DNA from: Lacibacter sp.
Lineage (GTDB): Bacteria > Bacteroidota > Bacteroidia > Chitinophagales > Chitinophagaceae
DNA: 64,000 nt
Reading direction: 5' to 3'
Assembly (NCBI GenBank): GCA_046297415.1
Contig: JBKBIL010000003.1
Coordinates: 193,070-257,069, forward strand
Part shown: positions 30,310-39,459 of the stretch, piece by piece
Numbering within the stretch: position 1 is the first letter of the stretch
How the letters are laid out: each line of letters begins with the position of its first letter
Notes under the pieces: generated by a model
The model's input: the letters and a program-made list of their open reading frames with translations, nothing else
Database searches by the model: none
Told to the model about the DNA's origin: nothing
Position numbers and translations under genes: made by a program

Positions 30310-30903
30310 TTACTCGCCCCACCAATCGGGGTGCAGGCTGTTGTTCAGCATAACGGTATGCGCTTTTTCAAACTGTTGTACCCCTCCAAACCAATCCAGT
30401 ACCTTTTCAACCGCCAGCCAGCTGTGCTGCCCCTTGCAAATTGCGGCATAGGAACTGTGTGGCCAGTTTCTGAAATCGCTTACAAAGCCGTGCCGTTGCG
30501 CATTGAAGTGGCAGTAATAAATAACGGAAGTGATGGCGGCATCATTGGTGATTTCTTTCCGGTGAAACGGCGATTCAAAAAGTTGTCCGGTACGATTGTA
30601 TGCCTTGTTTATAGACTGTGCGTAGGAGTTGAAAAAATGCGATAGCTGCCGCGATGCTTCGGGCTGGTACAGTCCTTTTCCGTCTTTACGGGTAACCGGT
30701 TTTGCTTCGGTAACACATACCAGCAGATGAAAATGATTTTTCAGCAGGGCATAGGCATAGGTTTCGAATACAGCGCTGCAATAATGCCGGTACTGCTCGA
30801 GAAAGTAATGATAGTTGCGTTCTTCCCGGAAGATATTTTCTTTGTTAACTCCCCGGTTGTAAATGTGATAAAAATTTCCGGGAGTAAGCGGTGTTGTTTC
30901 CAT
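30310..30903 (-). mobile_element. REP-associated tyrosine transposase (RAYT, IS200/IS605-like Y1 HUH fold)
   Basis: YHIYNRG, NHFHLL (HUH), YYCHFNA (catalytic Tyr region), WPHSSY. ATG at 30903; flanked by inverted REPs. Confidence 0.85.
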
Positions 30904-30938
30904 GTGATTTGGTTTTGGGTTTGATTTGTTTTCATTGT

Positions 30939-30976
30939 ACCCGCCGCCGGGATTGCCAACCGCCGGCGGGGGTATG
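30939..30976. repeat. REP copy 2, inverted relative to copies 1 and 3
   Basis: ACCCGCCGCCGGGATTGCCAACCGCCGGCGGGGGTATG. Confidence 0.8.
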
Positions 30977-31077
30977 CCTGCTCCGCAACGGTACTTTGTT
31001 GCATAAGATAAAATTCCGGTTCGTATCAACAAAGCCAGTCAGCACGTATTTTCAGCGGGTTATTTTTGGTTTGGGTT

Positions 31078-31112
31078 ACCCCCGTCGGCGGCTATACGCC
31101 CCGGCAGCGGGT
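31078..31112. repeat. REP copy 3
   Basis: ACCCCCGTCGGCGGCTATACGCCCCGGCAGCGGGT. Confidence 0.8.
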
Positions 31113-31122
31113 AAATGGGCTG

Positions 31123-31557
31123 TTACACAAACGAGTGAATGGCATGCACCACCACGCCCCACACCCGAAAGTCGCTGAACTCGGCCAGGTTAATGGGTTT
31201 GTACCGCGGATTTTCGGGTATCAGAAACGCCGAGGTGAAGTTTTTGTGAAAGCGCCGCACCAGCAGTTCGCCGTTCAGCACCGCCACAATGATTTTGCCG
31301 TTGGCCAGTTTTATCGAGCGGTCCACAATCAGCACATCGCCCTCAAAAATGCCGGCATCCCGCATGGCATCGCCCTTCATCCGAAAAAAGAAGGTAGCCG
31401 GCTTGTTGCGGATCAACTGCTCGTTCAGGTCAATGCCCCGCTCGGCGTAGTCATCGGCCGCCGCGCCAAAACCCGTGGCATCGGCGGTGCGTACCTGTTG
31501 TTGCGTAAACTGTTTGCTACCCCGGTAGGCAGCGCCAAAAAATTGTTCCCCATCCAT
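31123..31557 (-). CDS. umuD: UmuD-like S24 protein with degenerate catalytic dyad
   Basis: GF..AADDY.ERGIDLNEQLIRNKPATFF, GI.EGDVLIVDRS. Has GDAM instead of GDSM and LLVRR instead of (F/L)TVKK. Confidence 0.85.
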   Translation of the reverse strand: MDGEQFFGAAYRGSKQFTQQQVRTADATGFGAAADDYAERGIDLNEQLIRNKPATFFFRMKGDAMRDAGIFEGDVLIVDRSIKLANGKIIVAVLNGELLVRRFHKNFTSAFLIPENPRYKPINLAEFSDFRVWGVVVHAIHSFV

Positions 31558-31638
31558 AGTATTTCGGTTTTATGCCCTTGCGGGCCGGTGATTGTTGTAT
31601 GTGTTAGGGCAGATGGGTTGTGTGTAAGTGCTGTAAAA

Positions 31639-31651
31639 CTAAAAATTTTAG
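31639..31651. promoter_or_regulatory. Palindromic operator CTAA-N5-TTAG, probable SOS box
   Basis: CTAAAAATTTTAG, 82 nt upstream of umuD. Matches a motif I recall for non-canonical Bacteroidota LexA proteins (not re-verified). Confidence 0.55.
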
Positions 31652-31846
31652 CAAAAATCGCTCCTTTTTGTAGCGCCTTTTTTTTTGCGGGCCGCATCAA
31701 ACCCTGTACGCCGGGCCCGGTAAACAGCTGCTGCCGCCGTCCGCTTCTTCCCTCCTTTAACGCCGTTTTTTCAAATTTTTCGCAAGGCGTACCGCAAAGC
31801 TTCGTTTCTTTAACGCAGCGGCAAAACCGCCTGTATGGAACGATAT

Positions 31847-33793
31847 ATGAAAAAGCAACTTCTCCTTCTGTGCGCCGCCTGCCTGTGGGTGGTGGCGTCC
31901 CTGGCCCAAAGCAAGTACGACCACCGCGAAGCGTTTCATCCCTCGTTTTATCCCTATCCGGGCAACGAATACCGCAGCGCCGGCGGACAGCCCGGCCCCC
32001 GCTACTGGCAAAACCGGGCCGACTACCGCATTGCCTGCACCCTCGACCCGCAGGACCACAAGGTTACCGGCACCGTTACCCTGCGGTACACCAATAACAG
32101 TCCCGATGCCCTGGGCTTTTTGTGGCTGCAACTCGATCAGAACATTTACCGCAGCGATTCCCGCGGCACCGCCACCACCACCACGCAGGGCGGCCGCTGG
32201 GCCAATGCCCAGTTCACCGATGGATACGTAATTACCAAAACCGAACTGCGGATGAACGGCGCCGCCACCGCCCCCAAAGAAGTGGTAATTACCGACACCC
32301 GCATGCAGGTATGGCTGCCGCAGCCGCTGGCCGCCGGCGCCTCCCTGGAACTTACCCTTGATTACGCCTTTACCATACCCGAATACGGTACCGACCGCAT
32401 GGGGCGTTTAAAGCAGCAGGATGGCTGGATTTACCAGGTAGCCCAATGGTACCCCCGCGCTTGCGTGTACGACGATATACGGGGCTGGAATACCGACCCC
32501 TACCTGGGCGCCGGCGAGTTTTACCTGCCTTATGGCGATGTGGAATACAGCATTACCGTCCCCGCCGGTATCACCGTGGTGGGCAGCGGCGAACTGCTGA
32601 ACCCGCAGGAATGCTACACCCCCACGCAACAGCAGCGCTGGGCCCGGGCACGGGAAAGCAACCAAACCATCGCCATCATTACAGCCGATGAAGTGGGCAG
32701 CCGCGCCGCACGTCCCTCCGCCAATACCCTTACGTGGAAGTTTCGCTGCAACAACACCCGCGATGTGGCCTGGGCGGCCAGCAGCGCTTTTATTCTTGAT
32801 GCCGCCCGCATCAACCTGCCCTCGGGCAAAAAAGCGCTGGCCATCAGCGCCTACCCCCGCGAAAGCATGAAAGAACGCAACGGCAACGACTGGCGCCGCT
32901 CTACCGAATACACCAAGGCCAGCATTGAGTTTTACAGCAACTACCTGTACGAATATCCCTATCCCGCCGCCACCAACGTAGCCGGCATTGTAGGCGGTAT
33001 GGAATATCCCGGCATTGTGTTTTGCAGCAGCCAGGCAACCGGCAGCAGCCTCTGGGGCGTAACCGATCACGAGTTTGGCCACATCTGGTTTCCCATGATT
33101 GTGGGTACCAACGAACGCCGCTATGCATGGATGGACGAAGGCTTCAACACTTTCATCAACAACCTTTCCACCGCCGCTTTCAACAACGGCGAGTACAACA
33201 GCGATATGCCCATGAGCGCACTTACCCCCATGCTGTTTAACGAACGGATGGATGGCCTGTACACCCTGCCCGACGTCATTCAGCAAAACAACCTGGGCGT
33301 TGCCGCCTACTACAAGCCCTCGGTAATGCTTACCCTGCTGCGGGAAGAAGTACTGGGCAAAGAGCGCTTCGATAAAGCCTTTCGGGAGTACGTGCACCGC
33401 TGGGCTTTTAAGCATCCTACCCCCTGGGACTTTTTCCGCACCATCGAAAACGTGGCGGGCGAAGACCTGGCCTGGTTTTGGCGCAGCTGGGTGCTCAATA
33501 GCTGGAAGTTTGATGTGGCCGTAAAAGAGGTGCAGCAACCCCGCGGCAACACGGCCCGCAACCCCGGCCGCATTACCCTGCAGTTGCTCGAGCAGATGCC
33601 CCTGCCCGTTACCGTGCGGGTAAAAGATGCAACCGGCGAAACTTACACCCTGCGCCTGCCCGTGGAAGTGTGGCAACGGGGCGATACCTGGACGGTTCCT
33701 GTAACCACCAAAGGCGAAATAACCGAAGTGGTGGCCGACCCCGAAGGCCGCCTGCCCGATGTGAACCGGCAAAACAACCGCTGGAGAAAATAA
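31847..33793 (+). CDS. M1 family metallopeptidase, secreted
   Basis: Signal peptide MKKQLLLL, GGMEYP, HEFGH, WMDEGFNT. Confidence 0.9.
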   Translation: MKKQLLLLCAACLWVVASLAQSKYDHREAFHPSFYPYPGNEYRSAGGQPGPRYWQNRADYRIACTLDPQDHKVTGTVTLRYTNNSPDALGFLWLQLDQNIYRSDSRGTATTTTQGGRWANAQFTDGYVITKTELRMNGAATAPKEVVITDTRMQVWLPQPLAAGASLELTLDYAFTIPEYGTDRMGRLKQQDGWIYQVAQWYPRACVYDDIRGWNTDPYLGAGEFYLPYGDVEYSITVPAGITVVGSGELLNPQECYTPTQQQRWARARESNQTIAIITADEVGSRAARPSANTLTWKFRCNNTRDVAWAASSAFILDAARINLPSGKKALAISAYPRESMKERNGNDWRRSTEYTKASIEFYSNYLYEYPYPAATNVAGIVGGMEYPGIVFCSSQATGSSLWGVTDHEFGHIWFPMIVGTNERRYAWMDEGFNTFINNLSTAAFNNGEYNSDMPMSALTPMLFNERMDGLYTLPDVIQQNNLGVAAYYKPSVMLTLLREEVLGKERFDKAFREYVHRWAFKHPTPWDFFRTIENVAGEDLAWFWRSWVLNSWKFDVAVKEVQQPRGNTARNPGRITLQLLEQMPLPVTVRVKDATGETYTLRLPVEVWQRGDTWTVPVTTKGEITEVVADPEGRLPDVNRQNNRWRK

Positions 33794-33826
33794 TCCGGTG
33801 CCGGCAGCGTAACTGCTATATGCAAG

Positions 33827-33868
33827 CGGCGTAACGGATGCCTTCCGAAGGCTGTTACGCCGTTTTTT
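33827..33868 (+). terminator. Intrinsic terminator
   Basis: CGGCGTAAC...GTTACGCCG followed by a T run. Confidence 0.7.
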
Positions 33869-33934
33869 CTTGGGCGCTGCTGTTGTTGTGTTTATTACCT
33901 GCTTTTTTGTTCCTTTGACGCCAAGAGTTGTTTT

Positions 33935-35404
33935 ATGAATCCCGCCGTGTTGCAACAAATTAACGAACTGTACCGCCGGCATACCGGTGCCGATGCCGTA
34001 ACCATTGAAAAACTGCCCCAAAGTGGCAGCGACCGGGTATATTACCGCGTTACCGGCCCGCATTTGGTATGCATTGCCACCGCCAACGATAACGTGCGTG
34101 AAAACCAAACCTTTCTGCGCTTCAGCCGGCATTTTGCGGCAGCCGGCTGCCCCGTGCCGCAAATATTGGCCGTGAGCGATGATGAGCGCCTGTACCTGCA
34201 GCAAGACCTGGGTGATACCTCGCTGCTGAACGAACTGGAGCGCAACGGCTACACCCTGCCCGTGTACAACCTGTTCCAACAAAGCTTGCAACAACTGGCG
34301 CACATGCAGGTAAAGGGGCACGAAAACCTCAACTACGAATGGTGCATCACCTCGCAGGAGTTTGGCAAGCAGGCCATACTGGCCGATTTGCTGTACTTCA
34401 AATACTATTTTCTCGACACCCTCAAAATCCCCTACGACAAAGAGCGGCTGGTCGATGATTTTGAAGTGTTGAGCATTTACCTGGCCCGGGTAGATCATAA
34501 ATATTTCATGTTCCGCGATTTTCAGAGCCGCAACATCATGGTGCACCAGGGTAAGGTGCACTTTATCGACTACCAGGGAGGCATGAAGGGCGCCGTGCAG
34601 TACGATGTGGCATCGCTGCTGTGGCAGGCCAAGGCCGAACTGCCCGCCGAGTGGAAAAACAGCCTGCTGGAGTATTATATCGATTGCCTCGAAAACGTAT
34701 TGCAGCAACCCATCGACCGCACCCGCTTTGTAAGCCAGTACAACGGCTATGTGCTCATTCGCCTGTTGCAGGTGCTGGGAGCCTATGGCTTTCGCGGCTT
34801 GTTTGAACGAAAAGCGCATTTTTTGACCAGCATTCCGCTGGCGCTGCGCAACCTGCGCTGGTTCTTGCAAAACAAACATGTTGGCCTGAGCGTGCCCGAG
34901 TTCGAACGCCTGCTGGCGCTGGTGGTGGAAGATGCGGTGATTGCCCGCTTTGAACCGCCCCGAGCCACGCCCGATACGCCGCTAACGGTTTACATCAACA
35001 GCTTTTCGTATAAAACCACCGGCATTCCGCCCGACAGCTCCGATAACGGTGGTGGCTTTGTGTTCGACTGCCGGGGCATCCTCAATCCCGGCCGGTTTGA
35101 AGAATACAAAACCCTTACCGGCCGCGATAAGCCGGTAAAAGATTTTCTGGAGCAGCAAACACAAATGCCGGTATTTCTCAACAGCGTGTACAACTTGGTT
35201 GACCTTACCGTGGAAGATTACATGCGCCGCGGCTTCAGCAGCCTGCAGGTAAATTTTGGCTGTACCGGCGGGCAGCACCGCAGCGTGTATGCCGCCGATG
35301 CGCTGGCCCGCTACCTGCGCAACAAGTACGGCGTTAAAACCGAAGTGCACCACCTGGTGCAGGAAGCAAAAAACTGGATCAATACCCCAACCGAACAGCA
35401 ATGA
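33935..35404 (+). CDS. APH-fold phosphotransferase (AmgK-like) fused to RapZ C-terminal domain
   Basis: SGSDRVYYR, FRDFQSRNIM, FIDYQG; C-terminal SFSYK, VFDCR.I.NPG, FGCTGGQHRSV. Confidence 0.85.
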   Translation: MNPAVLQQINELYRRHTGADAVTIEKLPQSGSDRVYYRVTGPHLVCIATANDNVRENQTFLRFSRHFAAAGCPVPQILAVSDDERLYLQQDLGDTSLLNELERNGYTLPVYNLFQQSLQQLAHMQVKGHENLNYEWCITSQEFGKQAILADLLYFKYYFLDTLKIPYDKERLVDDFEVLSIYLARVDHKYFMFRDFQSRNIMVHQGKVHFIDYQGGMKGAVQYDVASLLWQAKAELPAEWKNSLLEYYIDCLENVLQQPIDRTRFVSQYNGYVLIRLLQVLGAYGFRGLFERKAHFLTSIPLALRNLRWFLQNKHVGLSVPEFERLLALVVEDAVIARFEPPRATPDTPLTVYINSFSYKTTGIPPDSSDNGGGFVFDCRGILNPGRFEEYKTLTGRDKPVKDFLEQQTQMPVFLNSVYNLVDLTVEDYMRRGFSSLQVNFGCTGGQHRSVYAADALARYLRNKYGVKTEVHHLVQEAKNWINTPTEQQ

Positions 35405-36120
35405 AAGCCATGATATTTGCGGCGGGCCTGGGTACCCGCTTTAAACCCTGGACCAACCACTACCCCAAGGCGCTGGCACCGATAAACGGCAAAAGCCTGC
35501 TGCAGCACAATATCGAATACCTGCAACGCTACGGTATTTACGATGTGGTGGTAAATGTGCACCATTTTGCCGAACAAATTATCGAAGCCGTGAAGCAAAA
35601 CAACGGCTGGGGCAGCCGCGTAACCATCAGCGATGAACGCGATGCCCTGCTCGAAACCGGCGGCGGCCTGCTGAAAGCACGCCCTTACCTCGAAGGCGCT
35701 ATGCCGTTTTTAACTCTGAATGTGGACATACTTACCGACCTGAACCTGCACCGCCTGCTCGAGTACCACCGCCGGCACCGCCCCCTCATTTCGTTTGGCG
35801 TTACCAACCGGCCCAGCACCCGCAATTTTTTGTTTGATTCGGTGTACCGCCTTTGCGGCTGGCGCAACAGTGCCACCGGCGCCGAGCGCATTGTAATCGA
35901 TAAGCCCGGACTGGTGCCGCGTGCCTACAGCTGCGTGGTGGTAATGGAACCCACGGTGTTTCAGGTAATCCGGCAAACCGGCAAGTTTTCGCTTACCGAT
36001 ACCTACCTCGACCTGGCACCCGAACACCTCATACTCGGGTACGACCACAGCGGCGATAAACTGGTAGATGTTGGCAAACCCGAGAGCGTTGCGGTGGCCG
36101 AAGCGTTGTTTCCGGGATAA
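35401..36120 (+). CDS. Nucleotidyltransferase (MurU-like)
   Basis: MKAMIFAAGLGTRFKP, LLETGGGL, DVGKPE; overlaps the upstream stop. Confidence 0.85.
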   Translation: MKAMIFAAGLGTRFKPWTNHYPKALAPINGKSLLQHNIEYLQRYGIYDVVVNVHHFAEQIIEAVKQNNGWGSRVTISDERDALLETGGGLLKARPYLEGAMPFLTLNVDILTDLNLHRLLEYHRRHRPLISFGVTNRPSTRNFLFDSVYRLCGWRNSATGAERIVIDKPGLVPRAYSCVVVMEPTVFQVIRQTGKFSLTDTYLDLAPEHLILGYDHSGDKLVDVGKPESVAVAEALFPG

Positions 36121-36300
36121 ATAAATAAGTGATAACAAATAACGAACGTGCCTTGCATGTTGGGGCTGTCGGCTGTGCAGTGCCGTGCAACGGCAGTTCC
36201 CGCTGCTACGGCCTTCGGTACCCCGCCGGCAGGCGGGGCACTGCGCCTGCGCATCGGGCAGCCCTTCGGCGGTGGAATCGTAGTGCATCTTTTTTAAAAA

Positions 36301-36337
36301 TCCGCCGCTGCGGCTGTAAACCGCCGGCGGGGGTATG
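36301..36337. repeat. REP copy 4, distal
   Basis: Shares the identical 19-mer AACCGCCGGCGGGGGTATG with copy 2 and is similar over 37 nt. Confidence 0.75.
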
Positions 36338-36344
36338 GGTGCCC

Positions 36345-36468
36345 CAATTCTCAATACCCAATCCCTCTCACCCCCTTTGCGTTCATCTCATTTACGCTTT
36401 TCGCTGCGGTTGGCCCCGCTGCCCAATTCCCAATTCCACCCCACTTTCCGCCTTCCACCCTACACCTT
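36345..36468. repeat. Degenerate heptamer-like array downstream of the minus-strand acyltransferase (G-rich on that strand)
   Basis: CCCAATT CTCAATA CCCAAAT...; CCCAATT CCCAATT CCACCCC...CCTACAC units. Confidence 0.5.
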
Positions 36469-37611
36469 GATGTAAATCTTCCGCTTATCCATCCAGTACG
36501 CAATGCTCCAGTACAGTACAATCATGCACAGGGCATACACCAGCGAACCGTTTTCGGGCGGGCCGGGTAGGGGCTTGCAGATGTGTTCGTAAAACCAGCC
36601 AAAAGGGCTCAGGTACCGGGGCACGCCATCGGGCGCCAATCCGTTGGGGATGCGGATGAGGCCCAGCAGCCGGGGCAGAAAGCCGCTGAGCACAAAAATG
36701 AACAGCGGGTTTTTACCGAATACATCAAAAAAGCGGGTCCACCCGCTTTGTACGCCGCGGAATTCAATCAGGTACATAAGCAGCGCCAATGTGTACAAGG
36801 CCAACCCCGTTGTGTACAGCGTGTACGAACTGGTCCATATTTTTTTGTTGAGCGGAAATACCTGTCCCCACGCCAGTCCGGCCACGGTAAGCACGGTGGC
36901 GGCTACAAACAGGCCGGTAACCATTTCGTAGGTTTTTCCTTTTTGCTGAATGTAATCGCCGGCCAGGTAGCCAAACAGCACCTGGGCAATGGGCGCAAAC
37001 GTGCTGGCCAGTCCTTCGGGGTCAAAGGGCACGCCTTCGCCTTTGTACAGGTGGCCTTCGCCCAGCAGGGCTTTGTCCACCGCCGTACCAAACCAGCCCT
37101 GCAGGCTGTAGGGGTCGCCGGGGGTACCGGCCGCGTAGCACAACGCCCAGTAGCCCAGCAGCAGTATGCCGGCTGCCACAAATGCGCCCCGGGGTTTGAG
37201 GTAGTACGCCAGTACGGCGGCAAAAAAGTAGGCCAGCGCAATGCGCTGCAGCACCCCCATGATGCGCAAGCTATCCCAGGCTTTAAATACAAGTTCGTTA
37301 CCGCTCCATTTCACAAAGGGACTCCAATGCAACAGCAGGCCAATGCCAAAAATGAGGACGGTGCGTTTGGTAACTTTTTTCCAAAAAACAGCAGGGCCGG
37401 CCGCTTGCAGGCGGGGCAGTACAAAAGCCAGGGCATTGCCCACGGCAAAAAGGAAAAACGGAAACACCAGGTCGGTAGGCGTAACCCCGTGCCAGGGGGC
37501 GTGCTGCAGGGGCGGATACATGTACTTCCACGAGCCGGGGTTGTTTACCAAAATCATCAGGGCCACGGTGGCGCCGCGAAATACATCAAGAGAGTAAAAA
37601 CGCTGGTTCAC
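36460..37611 (-). CDS. DUF5009/DUF1624 HGSNAT-like membrane acyltransferase
   Basis: RFYSLDVFRGATVALMILVNNPG, DLVFPFFLFAVG, GVLQRIAL, FDPEGL, PLNKKIWTSSY. GTG start at 37611. Confidence 0.85.
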   Translation of the reverse strand: MNQRFYSLDVFRGATVALMILVNNPGSWKYMYPPLQHAPWHGVTPTDLVFPFFLFAVGNALAFVLPRLQAAGPAVFWKKVTKRTVLIFGIGLLLHWSPFVKWSGNELVFKAWDSLRIMGVLQRIALAYFFAAVLAYYLKPRGAFVAAGILLLGYWALCYAAGTPGDPYSLQGWFGTAVDKALLGEGHLYKGEGVPFDPEGLASTFAPIAQVLFGYLAGDYIQQKGKTYEMVTGLFVAATVLTVAGLAWGQVFPLNKKIWTSSYTLYTTGLALYTLALLMYLIEFRGVQSGWTRFFDVFGKNPLFIFVLSGFLPRLLGLIRIPNGLAPDGVPRYLSPFGWFYEHICKPLPGPPENGSLVYALCMIVLYWSIAYWMDKRKIYIKV

Positions 37612-37840
37612 AAGCAAGGTTTTGGGTGATAACGCAAATGGCAGCCGTAAGGTACTACTTCCGGCAATAGCAGCCGCAGGTGTTGTAAAACAAGCGATTG
37701 TTTGTTTACAAAAACTTATTCGGCAAAGTGGTAATTTTTTTTTCACTTTAATGGCGAAGGCCTAATTTGCGCATGGTTTTTTACAAGGGCCGTTTGTGGA
37801 AACGAGGAGCAATGCAACGTGCCTTACTGCGTAAAAACCA

Positions 37841-37848
37841 TAACTTTG
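37841..37848 (+). promoter_or_regulatory. -7 promoter element for the upxY operon
   Basis: TAACTTTG is an exact TAnnTTTG match. Confidence 0.5.
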
Positions 37849-37950
37849 TAAAGAACCGCAGCAAGCCTGGCTTGATGTATGATTTGTGATGCAAACACCG
37901 AAACAACCACAACTTTACCGTCTGAAACGACGCGGTTATAAAAACGCATA

Positions 37951-37991
37951 AAAGGGCGAACGAGCCGGAAACGGCACGCTTGCCCTTTTTT
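37951..37991 (+). terminator. Terminator-like hairpin in the upxY leader
   Basis: AAAGGGCGAACGAGCCG-GAAA-CGGCACGCTTGCCCTTT followed by TTT. Confidence 0.6.
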
Positions 37992-38060
37992 CATATTTCG
38001 TTGAGAATCACTCAGTTTTAAAATTGTAATGTAACTGAGGTGGCGAAGCTTTGACCCAAA

Positions 38061-38591
38061 ATGCCGGAGCAGAAACACTGGTACGCAGCTTACACCCGCC
38101 CCCGGTGGGAAAAAAAGGTGGCAGCACAGCTCGAAAAAAAAGGGCTGGGCTATTACTGTCCGCTTACCAAAGTGCGCCGCCGCTGGAGCGACCGGTTTAA
38201 AGTGGTGGAAGAACCGCTGTTTAAGTCGTACGTTTTTGTGTACATTACGGAGGAAGAAAAAACCCGGGTGCGGCTGACCGACGGGGTGGTGAATTTTGTG
38301 TACTGGCAGGGGAAGCCCGCCGTAATTAAGCCCGCCGAAATTGAAACCATCCGGCGTTTTTTGAAAGAATACCACGATGTGCAGGCCCGTCCGTTGCAGG
38401 TGGCGCCCGGCGAGCGGGTACGCATTACGGCCGGGGTGCTGATGGATGCCGAGGGGGTGGTGCAGTGGGTGCGGGGCAACCGGGTATTTGTAAAGCTGGA
38501 AACCCTGGGCTATGAACTTTCGGCCCAGTTTGAAAAAAGCAACCTCGAGCCGCTGGCGCCGGAAGCCGGCAGCAGCGGGTTACAACCATAA
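38061..38591 (+). CDS. upxY: UpxY family (NusG paralogue) transcription antiterminator
   Basis: WYAAYTRPRWEKKV, WSDRFKVVEEPLFKSYVFV, KOW-like C-terminus; heads the polysaccharide locus. Confidence 0.92.
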   Translation: MPEQKHWYAAYTRPRWEKKVAAQLEKKGLGYYCPLTKVRRRWSDRFKVVEEPLFKSYVFVYITEEEKTRVRLTDGVVNFVYWQGKPAVIKPAEIETIRRFLKEYHDVQARPLQVAPGERVRITAGVLMDAEGVVQWVRGNRVFVKLETLGYELSAQFEKSNLEPLAPEAGSSGLQP

Positions 38592-38631
38592 ACCAACGAG
38601 CAGCCGCGCCGGCTGCCTGAAAATCAATTGC

Positions 38632-39447
38632 ATGAAACAATGGCATTCTCTTTATGTGTGGCTGTTGCTGGCAGGGCTGGCCTCCTGTGTGTCGCCCCGG
38701 CAGCTGCGCAAAGAAAACGTGTACTTTAACGAAGGCCTCGATTCGGCCAAACTGGCCACTTACCAGTTGGTAGAGCCGGTAATTCAGCGGGGCGATGTGC
38801 TGCAAATACAAATCAGCACCCGCAGCGCCGCCACCAACCAGTTGTTCAGCCAAAACTATGCCCCCTCGGCCACAGGGGGCAATACGGGCGCGGCTGCTGC
38901 AGCAAGTACCTCCACAGCCTCTTCGGGTTATCTGGTAGATATTACCACCGGCGATATTCAGTTGCCGCTGCTGGGCGCCATACATGCCGACGGTATGACC
39001 AAAAAGCAGCTGGAAGAAGAAATCATCCGCCGCAGCCGGCAGTATGTGAATGAAGACCCCATCGTGAACATCCGCTACCTCAACTTCCGGGTAACGTTTT
39101 TGGGCAGTGTGGGCAGTCCGGGTACCAAAACCTTCGACTCCGAACGGGTGTCGTTTTTGCAGGCCTTGGGCGAAGTTGGCGGCATTGCACCCGGGGGCGA
39201 CCTGAAGCGCATCCTGCTTTTCCGCGAACAAAACGGCAAGCGCTCCATGCACATCATTGACCTCACGAACGGCGACTTTTTCAACTCGCCCAACTATTAC
39301 CTGAAGCAGAACGATGTGGTATATGTGAGTCCTACAAACCGGCAACTGGTTGCCTCCGACCAGTCGGCCTTTCGAACCTTTCAATATTTGAACATAGGTT
39401 TTGCTGTTGTAAACCTCTTGTTCATCATTTTTAACCTCTTTCGCTAG
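38632..39447 (+). CDS. wza: Polysaccharide export lipoprotein
   Basis: Lipobox LASC, IQRGDVLQI, GDIQLPLLG, SPNYYLKQNDVVYV. Confidence 0.88.
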   Translation: MKQWHSLYVWLLLAGLASCVSPRQLRKENVYFNEGLDSAKLATYQLVEPVIQRGDVLQIQISTRSAATNQLFSQNYAPSATGGNTGAAAAASTSTASSGYLVDITTGDIQLPLLGAIHADGMTKKQLEEEIIRRSRQYVNEDPIVNIRYLNFRVTFLGSVGSPGTKTFDSERVSFLQALGEVGGIAPGGDLKRILLFREQNGKRSMHIIDLTNGDFFNSPNYYLKQNDVVYVSPTNRQLVASDQSAFRTFQYLNIGFAVVNLLFIIFNLFR

Positions 39448-39459
39448 CAAGTACTTCTC

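Noticed and set aside
37773-37841. Invertible promoter upstream of upxY (ATGGTTTTTTAC / GTAAAAACCAT)
   Set aside because: The inverted repeat is only 11-12 bp and imperfect, encloses 46 bp, excludes the -7 element, and no recombinase is nearby.
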